NCBI RefSeq assembly: GCF_006345805.1
Contig: NC_043009.1
Coordinates: 558,001-622,000, forward strand
DNA length: 64,000 nt
From: Octopus sinensis
Taxonomy: Eukaryota
Direction: 5' to 3'
Under the pieces are notes generated by a model that saw nothing but the letters and a program-made list of their open reading frames with translations, was not told the origin of the DNA and did no database searches. Numbering within the stretch: the first letter of the stretch is position 1; every line of letters starts with the position of its first letter. Positions 53,109 through 64,000 of this stretch are shown here, in pieces. The translations under genes and the position numbers were made by a program.

Positions 53109-53282
53109 TGCTTGTCAAGGAAAAGAAAACGTGCATTCGATGATGTGATTTGGCATTTTTGGATCGACTCTCATTAAAAAGAAGACAGGAAGGTCATTAT
53201 TAGAATGTCTTTAATCATAGATCTGCTCTTTTAGGATCCACCTCAGGTTAAACAACAACAACAGCAACAGCAGCAACAAGTG

Positions 53283-53680
53283 GAGGCGCAGTGGTCCAGT
53301 GGTTAGGACAGCGGACACGCGGTCGTAAGAATGTGGTTTCGATTCCCCGACCGGGCATTGTGAGTGTTTATTGAGCAAAAACACCTATGCTCCACGACGG
53401 TCCAGCGGGGGGTGGACCATGGTGTAACCCATCATGGTGTGGTAAAACTTTCAGATCCTAGTCTAGATTGCGAATCCTATGTGCCCCCAGGGTGGTTCCG
53501 CTCTCCAACCGTTAAAAGCCGCCGTTTACGGGATGAGGATAACAACGTGACTTTCGCGCCCGTGCAACTGCCAATCTATCGCGTGTGGTGGGTGGATTCT
53601 TAATAGCTTAAAGTAGGCTCGAATTAGAGATTATTCTTTGTGGCTAATGGCGTGAGTCCTGATTGGAAGACGAAGAAGAC
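53283..53680 (+). mobile_element. tRNA-headed SINE-like element (family C) with GC-rich body
   Basis: A box tggtccagtgg, B box gtttcgattcc, gaagacgaagaagac tail. Confidence 0.55.
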
Positions 53681-54436
53681 AGCAGCAACATGTTTCTTGG
53701 GATTAACTAAACAACATCCTCGCTACAGCATCAGAAAAAATTTACACACAATCTGAAGCCGTAATTACCCGCCTCTCATCTTAACATTCTTCCTTACTGA
53801 TTTTTATGTTCTTAACAGTTTTGTAAAGGCGGTGATCGGCCAGAATCGTTAGCATGTCGAACAAAATGCTTTTCAGTGTTTCTTCCGGCCCTTTACGTTC
53901 TGAGTTCAAATCCCACCGAGGTCAACTTTGCTTTTTCGTCATTAAGAAAAAAGTACTAGTTAACGTAATCGACTTGTTCCTTGCTCTCAAAATTGGTGAC
54001 CCGGCAAGTGAACGACGACCCGTTCAGAGGTATTGTTGTACTCTCAGCCATTTATGCAACGTGAAAACCGGGTAACAACACTGCTTTAGTAAATCTAGTA
54101 ACGAAGTAAATCAATAACAAAACCTCTGGACAGTTGATAATCTCATTGTCCTAAAAATATTAGCAGCTTCTCTCATTCAAACCACGCCCTATGGATTTTA
54201 AAAAGTGGTAAATTATATGGGATAATGTAACCCTAGAAAAGATGAGATAGTCATGAATAGGAATCTTATAATCGTAGATCTAACCAATGTCTAATACTCT
54301 AGCAAAAGAATTAACAAAACATTGCAAACTGTAGAGGTTAAACGTTTCTTCTTCGCTAATGATGTTATAAGATCGAAACACATTAACAGTTGTCTCCCGT
54401 AGTTACTATAACTTACAATGAAAATAATGCTGTGAA

Positions 54437-54698
54437 GGCGCATGGTCCAGTGGCTAGGCTGTAGCACTCGCGATCTAGCGATCGTGAGTTCATTTCTCGG
54501 ACTGAGCGGCACAATGTGTTATTGAGCTAGGAGCTTAATTTCACTTTCTCCAGTTTACTCAGCTGCAAACAGGTAAGCCTGAGACGGACTAGCCTTCCAG
54601 AGGGATGACATCATTTGAAAGCTAAAACAACGCAAAGCACATTGTGACCAGCGATATATAACAACATCCGATAGTCTGGTCGACCACGTGACCACGTG
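54437..54698 (+). mobile_element. tRNA-headed SINE (family D, head related to C)
   Basis: ggcgcatggtccagtgg...gagttcatttctc, with gaccacgt tandem tail. Confidence 0.55.
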
Positions 54699-55397
54699 GA
54701 AATAATGTTACTTATTGACTAACAGTATATTTCGCTGATATAAATTTGATTCAAGTTAAGTTTTGGACGTGATCAACAACTGCACTAAGATACACTTTAT
54801 GAATGAACCAAACCGCTTGGGAACAACAAAATGCTGTGAAAACCTTCACACATTCTGCAATTGCTAAACCTCAAAATAAATAACATTTCACAGTAACCAT
54901 AAATCAATAATGAACATTGATTTTAGAATTGTTTTTCGTGCGGTTGATGGCTATGAGTTATTTACTCTCTAAACCAGTCTATTTTCTATGTCAACATGTT
55001 GGCATTCTTGTGAATTTACTTAGCGTTTCTCTCATCAATACCTCGGCACAAAACAACAAAGTTAATGCCTCACTAATAAAATAACAAAATGACCAAAGCA
55101 TTTGCAGATTTGTCCCTCGAATCTGATTGAATATTTTAAATATTAACCATCAGCTAATATTGTTTTGTTATGTGTATTTTCCTTTGTTTTGTTGCTTTCG
55201 TGTAGTATAATTATTTCTATTTAATTGTTTTAATGTTTCTTGCATCAAATACTTTAACATTAATTAACCTAATTACGACAAACATACATTCAACAACTGC
55301 ACTAAGTTACACTAAACACACCACAACCGCTCTGCTAGTGAACAATAATACGCTGTTAAAAACTACACGCATTCTGCAGTTGCTAAATCTGAAAATA

Positions 55398-55614
55398 CGA
55401 GCGGGTGTTGAAAAGTTCCTGGCTTTAAAAATGCCGGGAAAAGCCTGGTTGGCAGCCGAACCTTCCGATTTCTTTTACAGGGCTTAGAAAAACAGAAGGA
55501 CCGTTGCAATAAATGTGTGAATCCGAGAGGGGAATATGTTGAATAAAATCATAATTAACTGAAACTCCTGGATTTTCTTTTACCCAAAGCCAAGAACTTT
55601 TCAGCAATCCCTCG
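55398..55614 (+). mobile_element. Mariner deletion derivative
   Basis: TA|cgag...gttgaaaagttcctggcttt and aaagccaagaacttttcagc...ctcg|TA. Retains the C-terminus LEKQKDRCNKCVNPRGEYVE*. Confidence 0.88.
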
Positions 55615-56132
55615 TAAATAACTTTTCATAGTGACCATAAACCAGTAATGAACAGGGAACTGCGCATTCCAAGGGCTGGGTTAACACTTATCTTTTATCC
55701 TTTACTTATTTCACTAATTGGACTGCGGTCATACTGGGGCATCGCTTTGAATTTAGTCGAGTTCTGCCAGGATCAACTTTGTCCTTCATCCTGTCGGCGT
55801 TTCATAAATATAAAAACATTATGACATCACCTGAGGTTTTTTTTTTTTCCAGTGAAATTTTGAGCTGAAGTTCTTAGAAGAAACGTCTTAATAGGAATTC
55901 TCGTGGACCGATCGCCAAATTAACTACCATCAAAAATACTTTAGACTGCCAATTATATCAGCCGTTTAACAACTTGGTTCTTCATTTCAATCAGCTTCTG
56001 TTGCTTTTACAAATTGGGCTGATATTACTTCCATTAACATTCCAAATATAACATATTTTCCAGTCATCAATAAACCAATTGCGATTTATTTGTTTATTTA
56101 TTTGCGTATTTACTTATATGTGTGTGTATGTA

Positions 56133-56202
<70 letters not shown>

Positions 56203-56221
56203 CTGTGTGTGTGTGTGTGTG

Positions 56222-56645
56222 TAAAGTCGACCTTGTCGAAATTTAAACTCAGAACATAGCGACGAGTGAAATACCGCCAAGTATTTCGTCCAGCGTGCTA
56301 ACGATTCTTTTCTACTCTAGGCACAAACCCGAAATTTTGGGGGCCCTTCGATTTGATCGACATCAGTACGCAACTGGTACTTAATTTATCGACCCCGAAA
56401 GGGAGGAAAGGTAAAGTCGACCTCGGCAGAATTTGAACTCAGAACGTAAAGACAAACGAAATACCTATTTCTTTACTACCCACAAGGGGTTAAACACAGA
56501 GAGGACAAAGAAGGACAGGCAAACGGATTAAGTCGATTATATCGACCCCAGTGCGTAACTGGTACTTATTTAATCGATCCCGAAAAGATGAAATGCAAAG
56601 TCAACCTCGGCGGAATTTGAACTCAGAACGTAGCGGCAGACGAAA
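56222..56645 (-). mobile_element. Cluster of three family B SINE pieces
   Basis: aaagtc.acct.g.c.gaattt.aactcagaac recurs at ~56223, ~56414 and ~56597. Confidence 0.75.
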
Positions 56646-57271
56646 TTTCTTTACTACCGCTTCATGTAATTCCTACTATTTAATTATAAAACTGCAAATT
56701 TTAAAACATAAAATGGTTATGAAGGTTCATCCGACTGAAATAGGAATCAAAGAGTTCCATAGGTAAAAAAAATGGTTGAGAAACATTGGATCGGAACCAT
56801 AGCTACCCTTCCGTTCTCATTTAGAATTGTGAGAAAAAAAGTGATTACCTTTTGAAATCCTTGAACACTCACATTCCGCAACAAAACTCTATAAATAGAT
56901 AAATAAATAAGTAAATAAATCGCAATTGGATTATTCATGAGTGGATAATATGTTATGTTTGGAATGTTAATAGAATGAATACCAGCACACTGAAAAAAAA
57001 CCATTGAAAATTGAATATCAAAAGAAAAGCTAATTTGATAGCCACACCAGTAGTCAAGATGGCCATAGACGGTGAGCTCAAACACACAATGGTGTGTGTG
57101 TGTGTAATAGGCATAAGAGTGGCTGTGTGGTAAGAAGTTTGCTTCCCAATCTCATGGTTCCGGGATCTGTTTCACTGCGTGTCACCTTGGGCAAGTAGCT
57201 TGTGCTATAGCCTCGGGCCGTCCAAAGCCTTGTTAGTAGATTTGGTAGACGGTAACTGAATGAAACCCGTC

Positions 57272-57319
<48 letters not shown>

Positions 57320-57378
57320 AAATCAATAGTACAGTGATTGTTTCTTGTCAGGAACAAAAAGATTAATAGGACTGCTAT

Positions 57379-57436
57379 AGAAGCCTTATAGTTAAAAAGG
57401 GAACCATATGGTTCCCTTTTTAACTATAAGGCTTCT
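57379..57436. repeat. Perfect 58-bp palindrome with no spacer
   Basis: agaagccttatagttaaaaagggaaccat | atggttccctttttaactataaggcttct. Confidence 0.97.
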
Positions 57437-57516
57437 TTTACTTGAATAATTATTTAATAAGATTTCTAAACGATGAACTTTTATTTTATTTACATGATAT
57501 ATATTATATATTTTTT

Positions 57517-57580
57517 ATATGCTCCTATATGTATATAGATATCTTGCAAACAAGATATCTATATACATATAGGAGCATAT
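57517..57580. repeat. Perfect 30-bp inverted repeat with 4-nt loop
   Basis: atatgctcctatatgtatatagatatcttg-caaa-caagatatctatatacatataggagcatat. Confidence 0.97.
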
Positions 57581-57846
57581 TTTTATATATTACTTTATAT
57601 TATATTTTTACTTTCTAGGTTTTCTTTAAAAAAATGTATTTTTCTGAATGGCTAAAGTATTAACTCTAAACTGTGAAGAAAAAAATTTTTTATCGCACCT
57701 TATTATTATTATATGCTTGTATGCTTGTACAGATGAATTATGTTCCATCTTGCGGGATGTTTATATGTATATTCTATGATTAAATGTTCGAATTATGAAA
57801 TGATATGCGGATGACGTTGCATTTGTTTGTTCAATAACGTTAGTTT

Positions 57847-57879
<33 letters not shown>

Positions 57880-57886
<7 letters not shown>

Positions 57887-59592
57887 AAATAAAAAAATAT
57901 AAAAATATTAAAAAAAAAATTTTAAATATAAAAATATAAAAATATAAAAATATTAAAAATATTAAAAATATTAAAAAAAAAATTTTAAATATAAAAATAT
58001 AAAAAATAAAAAAATAAATACTTAAATAAAATAATAAAAGCGTATTTGTTCCTCACGCTTAATGAATTTATTCTTTTTTTGCTAATAACGTAATTCCACG
58101 AGTATTCTTATAAACGCTGTAAAGACGTTTTCCTATTCAAAATTTTAGTTCATTACAAAACCTCGCTAAGATAAGTATATATTTATATTTAAGATCTTTA
58201 AATTTTAATATCTATAAGTCTTATGGTGTAATATTGTTTTTTTTATGTATATATCGTTGTTTATCCAATTATCGTAATTTTCTATATAATTATTAGATAT
58301 TAACTTTAAGTTTATTCGTAAGAATTTACTTAGCGATAGATATGTTGTTTGATAGCAAGTATATGAGTTTTTATAAGTTAGATTCATGTATATACATATA
58401 TTAATAGCATTAATTGTAGTTTTAAATTTCTTATAATTATTATTTTAAATTATATATTGTCTTTTTAAATTGTTATTTGCTAGTTACATTATTCCCATTG
58501 ATAAATATATTTATAGTATTTATTTGTTACTATATAACTACGAATTGATTATTTCTTTAAGTACTTTAAAGATAAGATTTTTGAAAGTTATTATTTAGCC
58601 AAAGAGATAAAGACAGTTAATTTACTATAGCGTTCGTTTAAGATGGTTTGTTTGTATTTTTGAAATTAGCTATTTCATCTTTAAATATGAAAAAATAATT
58701 CATTAGATCTTTATTATATGTGCATATATTTATTTATAGAGATAATTTAGATCTTAATTATATATTTATATACATTTATATATTTTCATTGATAATTTAT
58801 ATATTATGTAAATTTTATATTTTAATAATATGAATAATCATTTTTTTTTTGCAAAGTATTTATGTAATTAGATATTGACTATTACTGATATTAGATTATT
58901 GATGGGTTTCTTACCTTAAAAATTAATACTTAAAAATTAAAATTAATATTTAACATTATAATCGTTGTTTTGACATAATCATAATCGTTAAGTTTCTAGT
59001 TTGATAATAGAGTTTTTTATAAGAAAATATATTATATTATTTATTTCTTAAAAAATATTGTTTAAATATTTTTGATTCTTTATTAAAATATTACTATTAA
59101 CCTGAAGATTGACTGTAACCATAACTCGAATTATTAATTGAATTTAAATTATTGTTATTCGAATTGGTTACGGTCATGAAACGATCGTAGTGTTTTTACT
59201 CTTCATCTTATTAAACTTTTAATACTTTTTGATAGTTTATAAAAATAATAATTAATAAATAAATAAATATAAAAATATAAAAATATTAAAAATATTAAAA
59301 AAAAAATTTTAAATATAAAAATATAAAAAATAAAAAATAAAAAAATATAAATAAAAATAAATAATTAAATAAAATAATAATAAAAGTATATATATATTTA
59401 TAATTTATAAGTTTAAATTATTCATTTAAATAATTTTTTTTAATTTTAACTTTAATTTAAATATTTTAATTGGATTTTTATATTTTATATTTTATATTAT
59501 TTTATATATGTTTTAATTAATTTTATTTCTATGTATTGGCTTATGATTTTCACTGTTTGATTTGCCTAGTAGTGGTTTATCTCTAATTTAAT
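57880..59592 (+). mobile_element. Extremely AT-rich ~1.7-kb HHR-bearing element in (TA)n
   Basis: A-rich direct repeat at ~57880-58040 and ~59250-59385, HHR at 59098-59195, and a 3' terminus shared with 9858-9930. Confidence 0.65.
59098..59195 (+). ncRNA. Type I hammerhead with long stem II
   Basis: CTGAAGA-t-tgactgtaacca...tggttacggtca-t-GAAA-cgatcg-TA. 12-bp stem II, palindromic stem III, GUA triplet; stem I is weak (2-3 bp). Confidence 0.72.
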
Positions 59593-59595
59593 ATA

Positions 59596-59657
<62 letters not shown>

Positions 59658-59795
59658 AACTTACTTGGAGAAGCGAAACGAAGAGAAACGACGCGTGCGT
59701 TCGGTCATATAATAACAATATAATAAATAAATAAAATATATGCATATATACATACATATATGTACATACTTACATCTACATGTATATATACAAGC

Positions 59796-59872
<77 letters not shown>

Positions 59873-60418
59873 TACAGGACACCACAAATAAACGTAGAAC
59901 ACGAGAAACGAAAACAAAATCAAACAAGGAAACGGACTTTTTTAACAACGAAAAAACAGAGTACAGGACAAACAATACAAGGAAAATTCCCCTTCATCAG
60001 CTGTCCCTGCTTCGGCTCAATGCGTGTTTCGAAGGTAAGGCCAGAACACGACCAGGCCGAAGCAGTCCTTCCTGGAAAAGGAATTAAATAAAATTCCTTT
60101 GCAGAGGGGTAAAACGTGTGACAAGAACAGGACGTAAAAGCAATACAAATGAAGAAAAGACAGTAGAAAAAACATTACAAATAAGGAATAACAGGACAAG
60201 GAACAAACAAAAAGGGCTTTTTTTAGGCCTAGACGGTGGAAAGATTAGTTAGAACGCATGTGAAAAATCGGCTTGCGGAGAGACAGAAAAGTCGGTGCTC
60301 CAGCATGGCCGCAATCATATGACTGACACAAGTAAAAGAATAAAAGAAAAGTATCCATGCATGCATGTACGTATGTATGAATAAACATGCACACTCATAC
60401 ATATATGCAAGGGATTAC

Positions 60419-62170
60419 TGGATGGATGGATGGATGGATGGATGGATGGATGGATGGATGGATGGTTGAATGGATGGATGGATGGATGGATGAATTGAAT
60501 GGAAGAATGGATGGATGGATGGATGGAATGGAAGGATGGATGGATGGTTGGATGGATGGATGGCTGGATGGATGAATGGATGAATAGATGGTTGGATGGA
60601 TGAATGGATGGGATGGAATGGGATGGGATGGATGGATGAATTGAATGGCTAGATGGTTGGATGGATTGATGGTTAGATGGCTGGATGGATGAATGGATGA
60701 ATGGATGGATGGATTGATAGATGATGGATGGATGGATGGATGGAAGGTGGGATGGATGAATGGATGGATGGATGGTTCGATGGATGGATGGATGGATGGA
60801 TGAATGGATGGTTGGATGGATTGATAGATGATGGATGGATGAATGGATGGAAGGATGAATGGACGGTTGGATGGATGGATGGATGGATGGATGGACGGAT
60901 GGATGGATGAATGGATGGATGGATGGTTGGATGGTTGGATGGATGGTTTGATGGATGGATGGATTGTTGGATGGATGAATGGATTGATGGGTGGATGGAT
61001 GAATGGATAGATGGATGGAAGGATTGATGGATGGATGGATGGTTGGATGGATGGATGGATGGATGGATGGATGATGGATGGATGGACGGACGGATGGATG
61101 GACGAGTGGATGGATGAGTGGATGGATGGATTGATGGATGGATGGAGGATTGATGGATGGATGGATGGTTTGATGGATGAATGGATGGTTGGATGGAGGG
61201 ATGGATGGATGGATCAATGGATTGATGGATTGATTGGTGGATGGAGGATTGATGGATGGATGGTTTGATGGATGAATGGATGGTTGGATGGAGGGATGGA
61301 TGGATGGATAAATGGATTGATGGATGGATGGATGGATGGATGGATGGTTGGATGGATGAATTGAATGGAAGGATGGATGGATGGATGGATGAATGGAAGA
61401 ATGGATGGATGGTTGGATGAATGGATGGATGGTTGGATGTCTGGATGGATGGTTGGATGGCTGGATGGATGAATGGATGAATAGATGGTTGGATGGATGA
61501 ATGGATGGGATGGGATGGGATGGGATGGGATGGATGGATGGATGGTTGGATGGATGATGGATGGATAGATGGATGAATGGATGGATGGTTGGATGGATGG
61601 ATGGATGGATGGATGGATGGATGAATGGATTGATGGTTGGATGGATGGAAGGATGGATGGATGGATTGATGGATGGATGGTTGGATGGATGAATTGATGG
61701 TTGGATGGATGAATGGATGAATGGATGGATGGATGGATGAATGGATGGTTGGATGGATGGATGGATGGATGGTTGGATGGATGGATGGTTGGATGATGGA
61801 TGTATTGATGGAAAGATGGATGGAAGGATTGATGGATGGAAGGATTGATGGATGGAAGGATGGATAGATGAATGGATGGATGGATGGATTGTTTGATGGA
61901 TGGATGGTTGGATGGATGAATGGATCGATGGATGGATGAATTGAATGGATGTATGGATGGATGGATGAATGGATGTATGGTTGGATGGATGGATGAATGG
62001 ATGGATTGATGGATGGATGGATGGATGGATGGATGGATGGATGGATGGATGATGGATGGATGGATGGATGGATGGATGGATGGATGGAGGACGGACGGAC
62101 GGACAGACGGACGGACGGGCGGATGGATAAACGGCTGGATAGACGGATGGACGAATGGCTGGATGGAATG
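60419..62170 (+). repeat. ~1.75-kb degenerate (TGGA)n tetranucleotide array
   Basis: Continuous ggat/gaat/ggtt variants. Confidence 0.97.
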
Positions 62171-62444
62171 ATCTATAGGCATTAATATTTATTGGTTCTC
62201 ATTTGCTCATAAACTCTCTGTCATCGCTGACTTGAGTTTTAAAAAAAAAACACTTCTGAGCGGTTTACTACTCATTTTCAAACATGCGCAGGTGCCTGTC
62301 CGAGTGTGTAAGTATATAAGCATACACAATACATACACATGTACATACATACATACATACATACATACATACATACATACATACATACATACATACATAC
62401 AATACATACATACATACATACATACAATACATACATACAATACA

Positions 62445-62476
<32 letters not shown>

Positions 62477-63078
62477 CATACATACAATACATACATACAT
62501 ACATACATACATATACATACATACATACATACATACATACATACGTACGCACGTGCGTGTGTGTGTGTGTGTGTGTAGTTATGTATATTTCGTTTGTATG
62601 TTATCAACTACATTTTTGAATGTATTCGTTTCGTAATTGAAGATGCTATGGTGTGATTCGAGTTCTCATGCATAGACTTTCCTCCGTTGACCGTAGTAAG
62701 TTTGATGCTGGTGCTGCTACTCTCGCTGCTGCTGCTGCTGCTGCTGCTGCTGGTTCCCTGTTTATTGTTTGCTGTTGGATATTACTAAACCAGTTTTAGT
62801 CAAAACAACACAAAGATGAAAGTCATTCAAATTTTGACAAGCTAGTTCTTTGTGTATCAGAAACAATAATTATCAATACAGTCTTTATTCAAAACGCTAG
62901 TGTTTGATTTGTGAGATCTTTGACTGCTATTTCCTGCAGACTCAGCGACCGTTTCCGCTCTCTGCCAAACAAATCTGTCAATGACACCAATCCCCATCTC
63001 TCTTTCTCTCTCTCTCTCTCTCTCTCCCCTCTCTCCCCCATCTCTCCTCTCTCTCTCTCCCTTTCTCGCCTATCTCTC

Positions 63079-63113
<35 letters not shown>

Positions 63114-63216
63114 ACACACACACACACACGGATACAGACACACACTTTTCATTTCACATTCTCTTTCCTTTACTCTCTGACTTCCACTTTCGTATTTTCA
63201 AAGTAGTTGAAGTGCA

Positions 63217-63247
63217 TCGACCTTTTGGCTAAGGTCAAAAAGTAATA
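63217..63247 (+). pseudogene. U2 snRNA 5' fragment
   Basis: tcgaccttttggctaaggtcaa..gtaata versus U2 tcggccttttggctaagatcaagtgtagta. Confidence 0.6.
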
Positions 63248-63590
63248 CATGCATACATAACATACATACATACATACATACATACACACATACATACAAA
63301 CATACATACATACATACATACATACACACATACATACAAACATACATACATACATACATGCACACTGCTTAAATACCAATCTTAAGGAATTAGGCTTCTC
63401 AAAACCAAAAAGGAGAAAGCTGATTCAAAACTACAGATCCAATCCATTACTTGAACTGTAAAAAAATCTATAAAAGTTTCCAGAAATTTATCATTTAAGT
63501 ATATATGAGCATGTCTAGATATGCAAGTATATGCATGAGAACACATACATAAAAGAAAACATACAAATCTGCACGTATACATACATACAT

Positions 63591-63623
<33 letters not shown>

Positions 63624-63778
63624 AATAACCTGTTGTTGATGTGGAAATTCCAATGAAAGAGCCTTGGAGCCAGGTTAGAAACTGACGCTTTCTCTATTGG
63701 CAAAAAATCTTGAAATAAATTGAATAATGACGTGTGTGTCTGTGTGTGTGCGTGTGTGCATGTGTACGTTTGTATGTG

Positions 63779-63812
<34 letters not shown>

Positions 63813-64000
63813 TTGAGTAGTTGAATGAATTATCGTATTATGGATAATTCGGTTAACCGATACCTGGGTAGCAAATTCACGTCAGAAAAACACGGTTGAA
63901 GCTACATGCCTAGGGCAGAGATTACGTGCTTTCGTGTGGAAATGTGTGTATTTTTTTAAATACAGATAAATGAAAGAATGGAGTTGAACGACGAATTAAC

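Noticed and set aside
59985-60040. Minus-strand ccttcGAAA...CTGATGAagggg as a type II hammerhead
   Set aside because: No stem III, NUH site or stem I could be built between the boxes.
60315-62182. 300-aa and 322-aa 'HPSI' ORFs
   Set aside because: They are translations of the (TCCA)n strand of a simple repeat.

Overview
A 64-kb, AT-rich, repeat-saturated eukaryotic window with no confidently identifiable host gene. The tRNA-headed SINE families and dense (TA)n/(CA)n/(GATA)n/(AAT)n microsatellites suggest a cephalopod (Octopus-like) genome; this is inference. Almost all ORFs in the supplied track are microsatellite artefacts. Real coding remnants all belong to mobile elements: a near-full-length Penelope-like element (PLE; RT + GIY-YIG, ~30.5-34.7 kb), older PLE fragments, R4/Dong-type RLE LINE fragments, CR1-group fragments, a Mag-like gypsy 5' half, a Helitron Rep fragment and mariner ends. 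There are also many MITEs with clear TIRs and TSDs. The main hidden signal is RNA-level. The ~477-bp 'satellite' at 1-2322 carries a type I hammerhead ribozyme (HHR) in every unit on the minus strand, so it looks like a tandem non-LTR retrozyme array. About nine further intact or decayed type I HHR motifs, from roughly seven other families, are scattered through the window, mostly in small non-coding elements lying in (TA)n/(AAT)n tracts, some with PLE-style inverted ends. All structures were read by eye; none was computed or tested.
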